Of a stretch of DNA of 32,000 nucleotides, positions 1 to 9,300 are shown one piece after another (position 1 is the stretch's first letter; each line of letters opens with the position of its first letter). Origin of the DNA: an uncultured bacterium (lineage in GTDB: Bacteria > Auribacterota > JACPWU01). The stretch covers positions 150,001 to 182,000 of the forward strand of contig CAZXEQ010000005.1 in the NCBI GenBank assembly GCA_964640155.1, written 5' to 3'. Below the pieces are notes generated by a model that worked only from the letters and a program-made list of their open reading frames with translations, was not told the origin of the DNA and did not search any database. Both the position numbers and the translations under genes were made by a program.

Positions 1-575
1 TTTTACAAAATCTAATCTATCTCGATCATCCATGGCCACACTATTGCCTAAAATAAAAGACATCATCCCCAAATCTTGTCCATGTCCAAAAATTAGTAAT
101 TTCTGTCCCTGATGCCGAGCTTCAAGTTGCTCATAAACATGTTCTGATCGTCTTAAGGCTTCAATTCCAGATTCAGAAACACCAGGAGCCTCCACTCCAA
201 AGTCTTCACCAGAATTAAAACGCTCATATAACTCTGGATTTGTCTGACCGCATTCTTCTTTAGTCTTACCACTCCAGTCTCCCCATGCCATTTCTTTTAA
301 ATTCGGTTCTATGTGAATGGGAAGTTCTACGCCTACCCTTTCTCTGACCAAATCCTGAAAAACTTGTGCTGTTGCATACGCACAATTTAAAGGACTGGAG
401 TAAATAATAGGCAAGCGGCCCGCACGAATATCTTTTTCATATTTGAAGTATAAATTCTCTGCAATTTGTTTGGCCTGCTGTTGACCTACATCATTTAGAG
501 AAATATCCACTCCCCCTGGATAACGATTCTCTATATTCCAATCTGTCTGACCATGAGGAATCAAAGTATAACTAT
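1..575 (-). other. Histidine phosphatase (phosphoglycerate-mutase-like) domain of giant B, truncated by the window edge
   Basis: Translation YTLIPHGQTDWN...ISLNDVGQQQAKQIA...IIYSSPLNCAYATAQ...LKEMAWGDWSG...APGVSES...LLIFGHGQ follows the RHGxTxWN ... SSPLxRAxxTA ... ExxxGxWEG ... GES ... SHG layout of the histidine phosphatase superfamily. Confidence 0.7.
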
Positions 576-3500
576 TATTGGCCTTAAATCCAAAATTAGC
601 TCCGGGCCTTAATCCCCCTGTATTAGGATCAAAAATAAAACGTTTATTTAGTCGAATTTGATCTAAAAACTCACCCGCCTCTATAATACCTTCAAGGTCT
701 AAAACAAATTTTCCAAAATCTATGATTTCTCTAATCAATATTTTGGCATCCTCTTTTGCTAAATCAGACTCTAGTTTTCTGATCTTATCTGCTGTCTGTT
801 TGTCGAGAGGCAGAAACTCATGAACCATTTCATGTGAAAAACCTGTAAAGAAAAGGGCTTGGCGATGGAGAGGATCAGAAATATTTAAAAGTCCAAGCAA
901 ATTGCAATAAACTTTGGCAGGTTTTTTGGATTCTTCAGAATCTTTATCGGATGAACCCCGATCTCTTTCGTGATTTCCAAAAAGGGTTTTATATCTTTTG
1001 TCTTTAACATCAGAGCCAAATGCAAGTTCTATTGGACCATTGAGATCTTTTCTACCTTTTAACTTCTCTCGATCTCGAATTGTCTTACTGAGTTTTTTAT
1101 AAAACTCCTCTCGAGTAGAGACTGGAGACTGGGAATCGGTAACAGTCAATCCCATCATCCTTTCAAACGCCTGAACCTTTGAATCACTCCCATCTGGGAG
1201 TTGAACCTCTCCATTTGTCATTGTGAATGTGATAGAACTCCCATCCAAAGCTTCATGGATCGCTTGCTCTTCTTTTTTTAAATCAGAAACTTTCAAACCC
1301 TCTCTGACTTCTGCACTGAAATTAAAAACTTCCGTATTGGACAAAGCATTCTCAGCTGCGGACGGCAAATCTCTATCCTCCGCTTTATGAATATAGATTT
1401 GGGCCAACCATGCTCGATGCAATTTTAAAAGCAGTCTTCCAATATTCCACTTTAATTCCGTTCCTTGCTCCCTAATAGAAGGGAGTATCGTCTTATTATA
1501 TTCCCATCCTAAAACTTCGCTTAAAGCAACTTTGAAATCATCATAGTGTTGAATAACCTCTTCCATCGCATCAGCAAATTTAGCCTGATCTTCAACCTCT
1601 AATTCCCAAAGTAATCCTTTCAAGTCTGTAATCATTCTCGCTAACTGCTTATAAAACTCAGCGAGTTCAGGATTTTCTCGAGCTACTCTTTTATAAAGAT
1701 ACGGCCGATCATTTCTTTTTTTTGTATTCACTTGAGGATCTCTCTTTTGAGGAGCTTTCTGTTGAGCCTCACGTGAAAGTAATGTCAATTCATCACGAAT
1801 GTTTCTCAAACGTTGTTTAAGTTCTACTCCTTTTTTAAAATCTTGTGATTTTTCCAATTGATCAATTTCTAAAGAAAGCTGTTGGAATTCTACATATAAA
1901 TCCTCAGCTTTTTTCACCTCTTCAGCCGCCCACGGTTCTCCTTTCATTCCCAGAGGAGGATATTTTAAAAGAGGGTCAAACATCTTCTCGACATGATTTC
2001 TAAATTTTTCTAATGCCAATATTTTTCTAAATACAGGATCTGCAATCAAACACGCATCATGCATTGCATTTGAAAAAGAAATACTATCCAAGCTTTGACT
2101 CATTTCTTCAGAGTTAACTTCCACCCATAAAACACCAGAACGGTAATCCATCTTAGCTCTTAAGGCATGAACTTTAGGGTTAATTCGAAATTGAATTTTT
2201 GGCAAACGATACTTCAAATTAGCTAATATTTTTCGTCTTACATAATTTTTACGATCTGAAAGCCCGTCCTTGCGCGAAGGATCTAGGAGCAAATCAAAAG
2301 CATTTACGAGTTTTTGTTTTAGTCGGTCAGTAGCTTCCCCTTCTTCAAATCCTTCAAGGGTCACATTTTCTTTCATTCTTAATTTACGAGCAATTTTCCA
2401 AAATCGTTCAATCGTTCTTCTCTCTCCTTTACGAAACAAATGATATCCTCTAACACCATCGGCCTTTTCATGATCCATCAAGGCTAACAGCGTATCTTGA
2501 TGCTTCTTACCTGCCTTCAATGCCCATTCAGAGAGGAAAACAGTGGGAATACCTTCAAATTCTTTAGATTTTTGCTGTTTACCTGCGTGTCCTAAAACAA
2601 GAGTAGCATCAAATACATTTGTATCATTTCCCCCTCTTATAGGGATCACATATCGATACCCTTTGCTGTCTTTGCCTCGTGTTTGATCAAGAAGTTCCAA
2701 ATAAGATTTAGTTTTTACTAAATTTTGATCCCGATCTTCTCGAACTACTAACTGGTCGGTCCAATAGTCAATGGCAGCATCTCGTTCTACATCACCCTGG
2801 ATATTTTTTGCAATCTCTTCAATAATTTCTTTGACCGAAAGATTTTGAAAACCCTTTTTATGCCACTGATTTAGATTTGTATCACTGACCGCTAATACAT
2901 GCCCCTGTTCAAAACTTTGTTTCAATGCAGTATGAATATACTCTTCTTCATCCAATCCTCTCACTGCAACATCTTTGGAATTTAGCTCTATACCGACTTC
3001 TCTCAAAAAATCTTTCATCATCTCTTGTTTTTCAGGTTTAAGACAATATTCAATGGAATAAGAGTGTTTCCTCAATTCATCTTTCAAAAGAACAGATTGT
3101 TGAATCATTTCTAAAGCTTTTGTACGATCGATCAAAATCAAAAAATAAAAAGTAAAACTAGGAAGTCCAAAGATATCTGACGCACACAACGTATTTAAAT
3201 ACTGCAAAAAGCTTTCTCGTTTATTTTCATCCTCATACATACCCACTAAAGCTTTAGCAATCTTTTTCCCAATCATGGCCTGAATCAACACACGATCCGG
3301 CATCAGATCTTCTCTATTTTCTCCCACATTAAAATGTTCATCCAAAAGAGCTGAAGCTTCTTCAAGCTCTGTACGATTCAAAAGCATTTCAGTTGCTTCA
3401 TCCAACGCTTGATCTCCCGTCTCTGGGAACATATGCCGTGTTGTTGTAGAAAGACCGTAACCCACTTCTATTAAACCATCAGGTTCCAATTTCTGCGCCA

Positions 3501-6186
3501 TCCTTGCAAGAACAGCTGGCATTTCTTTAGAAGGGAAAGCAACATGTCGAAGTGAAATAAAATCAAATTTTTCTTCTTGAGCCACTCGATCAACATCTTT
3601 ATCGCTCGTTACATCCATAGAATCAAAACGAAAATGAATTCCTTCTCCCTCAAAAATATCTTTTCTAATCCAGAAAAACCCATAGCGATCTTTATTAAAA
3701 AATTTGCTAGCTCTTTCTAAAGTCTCTGATTCACTAAAATCTGATGCACGTTCTGGTTCTGGAAGTACATGGGATGCAGCATACGGTCCACCTTCACGGG
3801 CAACAGCAACTAACTCCGAACGTAAATCTGTGATAACAATTTCTACATGAGGATGAATACCAGTTCTAGCTGAAAAAGCTGCGTCAGAAAAAACCCCAAC
3901 ATCATAACCTTCTGCACCATTGCTAGCTCCTACAATCAAACATTTAATAGGACCTCTGGGGTGTGTGCGGATCTCAGATTCAACGATTCTTCTAAGATAT
4001 TTTCCATCACGCCCAAAATAAGTTTTCTGACGCACGAGTGCTTTTTTGTAAATAGAAATGTAGACTGTTAAATCTTTCGCAAAAGCTTCTGAAACTTCTC
4101 TTGCTTCCTCTCCATAAACATCCCCACGATATTGATAATCTGATTCTAATCCCTCTAAAAACTCTCCTGCTAGAGCATCTCCATTTCTTTGGGCAACAAT
4201 TAAACGATGTATATATCTTTGAATTCTTAATGGAATAAAATTAAATCCATCGGAAAATCTCCAACGCACAAAAGCCTCCGCCCCTGCAACAGCTTCTGGA
4301 TGTGAGACCGTACAACCCTCCATCCAAGGCACCACAGCTTGGCCTGTTTTAGGTTTTACTTCTTCCATTGCTTCATGAATCAATAAAGAGAGCAAAAATT
4401 CTACCCTGTCATGAAAAAGATTTTCCCCTATAGCTTCGTTATAATCATGAATCGTTTCGTAATCCTCTTGATTCACAATAATATGTAAAATACCGTTCTC
4501 AACATAGCGTCTGGCTTGAACATCCTTCACATCCTTCGAACGATAAAATTTTATTCTTCCTTCAGCCAAAGCTCTTTGAATACGCTTAAGGGCTTCTTCA
4601 TATTTTGAATGTTGAGACAGACCAGGTGGGGTTCGATCACGAGACAATTGATCCAATTCTTTTCGCTTTAAAATTTCTTCTATTGCTGCCTGTATTTCCG
4701 TCTCTTTCTCTATCGGTTCTGCTTGAGATAAATCAATTTCATCAGATACAGTACAATGTCCTTCTACAGGAGAACCCACATATTTTGCTGCTCCTGAAAT
4801 TGATCGTTCCGATTCTTTTGCTCGTGCGACCAACGAATCAGATGTTCTTTGAATCGCAGAAATACTGCGAGAGGGATCTTGCATATTAGAGATAAGAAGT
4901 TCTTTATATTGTTCCACCCAATAATCATTAAATCCTGCTTTTCTTAATCTTTCTAAAATCCTACTTAAGAGTTGATTTCTCTGATTATAATCTCCCATTC
5001 TCTTCAATACTTCATCCAAAACTTCATGCCTTTCTTCCTCTGAGTTAAAACTTAAATAAGGGTAAACTAGTTTGAAATATTCTTTAATTTCATCTACATC
5101 TCCTCCATCAAACACTGCTAACTCTTTTAGCGCTTTTTCAAATCTATCCTCCTTAGTTTCGATCTTTGAAAGATCTATCAAACTAACTCTTCCAGAACCA
5201 TCCACATGAAATAAAAGATGTTTCGGTTTAACATCTATAAGGCTTGTCATCAACATGAGCATTGCTAATTCTATTTTTTGTTCTCTCGTCATCATTTCAC
5301 ATGGATTACTGCTTGTTTCAGATTCCTGATATTCTGTAACCATATAAACTTCAGGTACTATCCCCCACCAAAGATCTCTCATTTGATATGTGACAGCAGG
5401 GGGAGATTGAATAACCGAAAGACCTAATTTCTCCATTACAATTCTGACGAAAATTTCATTATAAAGAGCGTCGAACCCCTTCTCCATTCCGGAAAGAAAG
5501 CCTGTATCAGAATCTCGCTTCACAACATACTTCTTCCCATTAATTTCAACAACTCTCGCATCCCCAACGGTTCCTCCTAGTCGTTCACCATTTAAAGTAT
5601 GAGGGAACACCCCGTCAAAAAGCACTCTCACTTGATCCTCATTTAAAATGGCATTGTGGAGCTTTGACACTACAACTTCTTTAGTTTTAGCAAAATAATC
5701 TCTAACCATTTGAGTTAATACAGAGTCTTTGCCAAAAGCTTTTTCCATCGAGGTTATCCAAAGTTGAACTTGAGCAGGATTTGAGCCATCTGCTTCTGGA
5801 AAATTAATAAAAAGAGATAACAACCGAAAGAGAGCATTTTGCTCTCTTTCATCGAGCTCTGACCAAATCTTCGAAAGCCAAGATTCAAAAATATCTCGCG
5901 GAGATAGTCCTTTCCTAAGACCCTCTCTAAACTCACGAATCATGATATCTTCAAGAACAGAACGCTTATCTGCTGCAATATCTGACCATCTGTCTCCTGT
6001 GACAAGAGGAGTCTGTAAGGTTTCTTTAGATACTTGCGGATCAAATATTATCTGATCAATTGAAGAGTCTGCAAAAGCGTTTTTGAGGTCAATTCCCGAA
6101 AAGTCGAAAAAGAAGGTTAAAGAAAGACATATGGACAATGCCTTCGTCATAAAAGGTTTTAAACTATATTGAAATAACATCCCCAT
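1..6186 (-). CDS. Giant multidomain protein B, N-terminal 2062 codons; the C-terminus lies beyond the left edge and the ORF is absent from the supplied track
   Basis: Hand translation of the minus frame in phase with ATG 6186-6184 gives MGMLFQYSLKPFMTKALSICLSLTFFFDFSGIDLKNAFADSS... and I met no stop down to position 1. In-frame TGA TGA TAA at 6240-6232 close the frame upstream. Phase was re-checked at KCLIVGAS (about 3940), DVKPK (about 5230), HEMVH (834-820) and PHG (558-550), all in register. If there were an internal stop, the complete ORF from 6186 to that stop should appear in the track, and it does not. Alternative starts are 6180 and 6150. Confidence 0.85.
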   Translation of the reverse strand, partial: MGMLFQYSLKPFMTKALSICLSLTFFFDFSGIDLKNAFADSSIDQIIFDPQVSKETLQTPLVTGDRWSDIAADKRSVLEDIMIREFREGLRKGLSPRDIFESWLSKIWSELDEREQNALFRLLSLFINFPEADGSNPAQVQLWITSMEKAFGKDSVLTQMVRDYFAKTKEVVVSKLHNAILNEDQVRVLFDGVFPHTLNGERLGGTVGDARVVEINGKKYVVKRDSDTGFLSGMEKGFDALYNEIFVRIVMEKLGLSVIQSPPAVTYQMRDLWWGIVPEVYMVTEYQESETSSNPCEMMTREQKIELAMLMLMTSLIDVKPKHLLFHVDGSGRVSLIDLSKIETKEDRFEKALKELAVFDGGDVDEIKEYFKLVYPYLSFNSEEERHEVLDEVLKRMGDYNQRNQLLSRILERLRKAGFNDYWVEQYKELLISNMQDPSRSISAIQRTSDSLVARAKESERSISGAAKYVGSPVEGHCTVSDEIDLSQAEPIEKETEIQAAIEEILKRKELDQLSRDRTPPGLSQHSKYEEALKRIQRALAEGRIKFYRSKDVKDVQARRYVENGILHIIVNQEDYETIHDYNEAIGENLFHDRVEFLLSLLIHEAMEEVKPKTGQAVVPWMEGCTVSHPEAVAGAEAFVRWRFSDGFNFIPLRIQRYIHRLIVAQRNGDALAGEFLEGLESDYQYRGDVYGEEAREVSEAFAKDLTVYISIYKKALVRQKTYFGRDGKYLRRIVESEIRTHPRGPIKCLIVGASNGAEGYDVGVFSDAAFSARTGIHPHVEIVITDLRSELVAVAREGGPYAASHVLPEPERASDFSESETLERASKFFNKDRYGFFWIRKDIFEGEGIHFRFDSMDVTSDKDVDRVAQEEKFDFISLRHVAFPSKEMPAVLARMAQKLEPDGLIEVGYGLSTTTRHMFPETGDQALDEATEMLLNRTELEEASALLDEHFNVGENREDLMPDRVLIQAMIGKKIAKALVGMYEDENKRESFLQYLNTLCASDIFGLPSFTFYFLILIDRTKALEMIQQSVLLKDELRKHSYSIEYCLKPEKQEMMKDFLREVGIELNSKDVAVRGLDEEEYIHTALKQSFEQGHVLAVSDTNLNQWHKKGFQNLSVKEIIEEIAKNIQGDVERDAAIDYWTDQLVVREDRDQNLVKTKSYLELLDQTRGKDSKGYRYVIPIRGGNDTNVFDATLVLGHAGKQQKSKEFEGIPTVFLSEWALKAGKKHQDTLLALMDHEKADGVRGYHLFRKGERRTIERFWKIARKLRMKENVTLEGFEEGEATDRLKQKLVNAFDLLLDPSRKDGLSDRKNYVRRKILANLKYRLPKIQFRINPKVHALRAKMDYRSGVLWVEVNSEEMSQSLDSISFSNAMHDACLIADPVFRKILALEKFRNHVEKMFDPLLKYPPLGMKGEPWAAEEVKKAEDLYVEFQQLSLEIDQLEKSQDFKKGVELKQRLRNIRDELTLLSREAQQKAPQKRDPQVNTKKRNDRPYLYKRVARENPELAEFYKQLARMITDLKGLLWELEVEDQAKFADAMEEVIQHYDDFKVALSEVLGWEYNKTILPSIREQGTELKWNIGRLLLKLHRAWLAQIYIHKAEDRDLPSAAENALSNTEVFNFSAEVREGLKVSDLKKEEQAIHEALDGSSITFTMTNGEVQLPDGSDSKVQAFERMMGLTVTDSQSPVSTREEFYKKLSKTIRDREKLKGRKDLNGPIELAFGSDVKDKRYKTLFGNHERDRGSSDKDSEESKKPAKVYCNLLGLLNISDPLHRQALFFTGFSHEMVHEFLPLDKQTADKIRKLESDLAKEDAKILIREIIDFGKFVLDLEGIIEAGEFLDQIRLNKRFIFDPNTGGLRPGANFGFKANNSYTLIPHGQTDWNIENRYPGGVDISLNDVGQQQAKQIAENLYFKYEKDIRAGRLPIIYSSPLNCAYATAQVFQDLVRERVGVELPIHIEPNLKEMAWGDWSGKTKEECGQTNPELYERFNSGEDFGVEAPGVSESGIEALRRSEHVYEQLEARHQGQKLLIFGHGQDLGMMSFILGNSVAMDDRDRLDFVK
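665..1430 (-). other. HExxH (zincin-like) module of giant B, paralogous to 10960-11640 in giant A
   Basis: FNFSAEVREGL...ITFTMTNGEV...FGSDVKDKRYKTLFGNHERD...FFTGFSHEMVHEFL...LAKEDAKILIREI aligns by eye with the giant A segment HFSAEVNEGL...VTFTVTNGDI...FGSDRTQKEYRTLFGNHKTD...FLTGMSHETVHEFL...LAEEDARILQREI. The HEMVH codons are at 834-820. Confidence 0.5.
3465..3990 (-). other. CheR-type SAM-dependent methyltransferase-like domain of giant B
   Basis: IKCLIVGASNGAEGYDVGV (compare CheR iWSAGCSTGEEPYSiA), EIVITDLRSELVAVAREGGPY (compare i.ATDId...L..Ar.G.Y), and KFDFISLRHVAF...VLARMAQKLEPDGLIEVGYG (compare fDlIfCRNVlIYF...vl..l...L.pgG.L.lG). Confidence 0.55.
5150..5600 (-). other. Atypical protein-kinase-like domain of giant B
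   Basis: LGGTVGDARVVEINGKKYVVKRD looks like a Gly-rich loop plus the beta3 lysine. ALYNEIFVRIV is helix-C-like, VYMVTEYQE hinge-like, SLIDVKPKHLLF a DxKPxN-type catalytic loop with His in place of Asn, and RVSLIDLSK a DFG position reading DLS. Confidence 0.4.
5675..6000 (-). other. N-proximal module shared by both giants (giant B copy), function unknown
   Basis: REFREGLRKGLSPRDIFESWLSKIWSELDEREQNALFRLLSLFINFPEADGSNPAQVQLWITSMEKAFGKDSVLTQMVRDYFAK aligns without gaps to the giant A segment DDLREGLAQGRSPRQIFEGWLSRIWDGLDEQEHTSLRTLLSQFVNFPEANASNPTQAKIWLDMMNKAFGEDSVLTQIVREYFES. About 50 of 84 positions are identical by hand count. Confidence 0.8.
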
Positions 6187-6219
6187 TACCTTCTTCCTAA
6201 GTCCGCTTACAGCGTATAT

Positions 6220-6248
6220 ATTATACCACTTTTATCATCACTTTTCAA
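6220..6248 (-). promoter_or_regulatory. Candidate sigma-70 promoter for giant B (TTGAAA, 17-nt spacer, TATAAT with an extended TG)
   Basis: The minus strand reads TTGAAA (6248-6243), agtgatgataaaagtgg (17 nt), TATAAT (6225-6220), with TGG immediately 5' of the -10. It sits about 35 nt upstream of ATG 6186. The SD-like GAAGG lies 3-9 nt before the candidate ATGs. Chance matches are common in AT-rich DNA. Confidence 0.45.
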
Positions 6249-6330
6249 ATTTTAAATAATTTCTTAATTGCAAGCAAGAGAATGTATTGGGAATACAAAA
6301 ATAGGATTAAATATAGAAGAAGATATCCTT

Positions 6331-9300
6331 TTAAGCTGCAACCTCAATTTCAGCCGGAGATCTTAAAACATGAGGAACACTTCGTGGCAACCCTGAAACT
6401 GCCTTTAAAACAGATTTTTTTAGAGAAATAGCGGTATCCGAAAGAGGTTGATACGCTTCCAACGCACGATCAAGCGCTTCTACAGAAGCTTGTGCAGAAT
6501 CTAATTTTGACTTCAAAATCTCTGCTAATTGATGTGTTAACTCTTTTAAGAATTGATCCCTTACTGATCCATCTAATATTGCATCTGCCCGTCTGGCACC
6601 TTCGGCTATCGCTCCTGCAAAATCGAAAGAATTACTAGCTTGTCGATAAGAAGCTAAAAAAGTTCTTATTTCTCCTTTTAGGACTTCTAAAGAATTCATC
6701 GTACTGAGAGGCGTCGCTTCGGTCCCTTTTTCCTCTTTCAACTCAATCTGATTCAATTCAAGTTCTACACTCTGTCCACTTTCATCTTTTAACCAATGGA
6801 TTTGAAGTGTCCCCTTCTCTTCATCGTAACTTAACAACTCTGGGAATGTATTCGATAACTCATTGAGATCTCTTAAGTAATATTCATAATCTCCTTCCGT
6901 TAAGTCTATTCTCCTTTGCCCTCTTAACACTCTCTCATGCAGTTCTTCTAACAAATGATAATCCTCTTCACCCATCGCCTTCTCTTTACTTCGATCCTTC
7001 ATTATTAAATATTCTTCTATTTTCTTAATTTTCTCTGCATCCAATGTCAGTTTTGTTCCTTGCCCTATTTCTCTTTCAAGGCTCTTGTTTTTCTTTTGTA
7101 TGGCTTCTCTTAAGGTGTAGTAACCTTGTACTACTTGCTCTGTCCAAAATCTATCAAAGGCCTCCAACCCTTCTGCCTCTAGTTTTTCTTTGAACAGTAT
7201 GGCAAAAGAGCGATCCTGTTCTGTATGTTTTGCATTTCTTAATGTCTTCATATCTCCAACTAAGATGAGTCGATCTGAAGCTCGACTCAATGCTACATTC
7301 AGCCGATTGATATTGGCGACAAAGCCTACTTTGCTTGGATCTGGGTTACTTCTTACAAAGCTATAGATGACTACTGCATTTTCTCTTCCCTGATAACTAT
7401 CTACAGTCCCTATCTGGCTTTCTACGATAGCTTGTGCCTCATCTTTCTTCATCTTTCTTTCTCTTATTAGATAGTCTCTTATCTTTTCTCTGATTAACTC
7501 TACCTGCGATTGATACGCTGATAATATACTTATCTGTTCTGATCTATACCCAGATGCCAATGCCCTTTTGTATTCTTCTAAGCATTTGTTTGCTTCTTCT
7601 GTGTTTTGATAGCTTGTACCCCTAGCTTCTTCATTGCCTGAAGCTTTTTTCATAGGGACATCAACTCTTCTTACTGTGTCTTCTTCCATCATTCGCCATG
7701 TCTTAGGAACCATCATTTTGTTATAAATGAGTCGGCCTATCATGACGGATATCACAGGATGGCTTCTATAGTTACGAGCTAAAAATGTTTGGGCTTGTCC
7801 TTTGTTCCATCTTCTTGCCATTCCACTTTCTTGGATCATTGCCCGATAGATGTCTGTTTGACCTTTCATCGCAGCTTCATCTATAAATGGCTCTAATTGT
7901 AAATGGTCTCCTGCTAAGATGATCTTTTCTTTTGCTTTTGCTCCTGCCAATACCGTATCTATCTCATTGACGGTTCCTGCTTCATCTATAATGACAACAT
8001 CATATTCTTGATCTGCCGTCTCCGGCACTCGATACATGGAGTCTGTTGTGACTCCAACCACATATCCCTTTCCATTTGTTTTCCTTTTCTTAAACTCTTT
8101 CATTCCTTCCCCGTTATAGCCATCCTCCCTTGCTTGATTCCACACTTGATATTTTCTTAGAGACTCTATAACTCGATCATCTCCTCTTCCTTCTTCTCCT
8201 CGACTATACGCTCTTAAAATAGGAACTTTATTTCGATCCAGTCGCTCTAATACATTGTCTACGGCCAGATTTGTCCGACTGACCACCAATACTCTCTTGC
8301 CTTGCTTCACCAGCTGCTGTGCTATTTCTACCACTGTTGCGGTCTTCCCACTTCCTGCTCCTCCTTGTATCAACGCTACTTTTGTCCTAGGATGTAAGGC
8401 CATCCTTACAGCATTGGATTGGAATGGATCTTGAGCTACTCTTTCATCTTGGATCTGAATCTTACTTTTCTCTTCGCTGATTTCTTCTTTATTGATTGTC
8501 TCTGGTTTTTCAAGCCCTAAAAGTTCTCTCGTTGCTCGACTTAAACCATTTCTTACTTGAGCTTTTCCTCCGATTGCTCTGAGCCTCTCTATTTGTATAG
8601 CTCTTAAGGCAACATTATTGCCTAGCTCTTTTTCTTTGCCTTCAACCATCTCTTTTAATTCTCCCAAAACGTTTTTCAGCTCCTTACTCTGAGAGCTATG
8701 TCCTACCTCTCCGGGTAGTTTTAATGATGTTACTTTGGCTTCTCTGTTATATTCTTCATCTAAGATGCTTATTTCTGGTAATGCAATTCCAAATCGCCGG
8801 GCTGCTTCTAGAAGCGATTCATTGGGCTCTTTTCCATTGAGCAATGCCCAGCTGTCATTCGTTAGTCCTCTCCTTACTCTATCCTCTAACGCTTGCTCTA
8901 CCAGACCGGGACTGGAATACCCTTGCGCTTTCATCACCCGCAACATCCAATGTCCATGTATAGGTGATTTAATCAGTCGACTTAATCGCGTGATCATTCT
9001 ACCTTCAACTTCTCTTTGCGTCTCATAAATCCATTCTTCTAATGTTTCATCATAAAATCGTCTCACTTTTACTTTGCCAGGTTTTCCAATTCCTGTGGAA
9101 AGTATAGCTTTCTTGTGCTTTCCATCATCAGTCCAAGAAAAATGGACTCTACCACCGCTATACACTTCTGTTTTCCATTCCAAAGGTTCAAACCCATCCT
9201 TATTTTGGACATCTTGAGCCTTAAGCTGTTGAATAACTTTTTCTTTATTGCGATCAAATATTTCAAGCTTCCAGAAATTTTTGCCCTCTTCCTTAACCAA

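Noticed and set aside
4605-4889. 94-aa plus-strand ORF from the track
   Set aside because: It lies antisense to the continuous giant B reading frame, has a low-complexity Leu/Ile-rich translation and shows no RBS or motif.
5754-5936. 60-aa minus-strand ORF from the track
   Set aside because: It is the +1 frame of the giant B coding region. The true frame here encodes the strongly conserved shared module (SPRDIFESWLSKIW...), so this is an out-of-frame artefact and not a sign of a frameshift.
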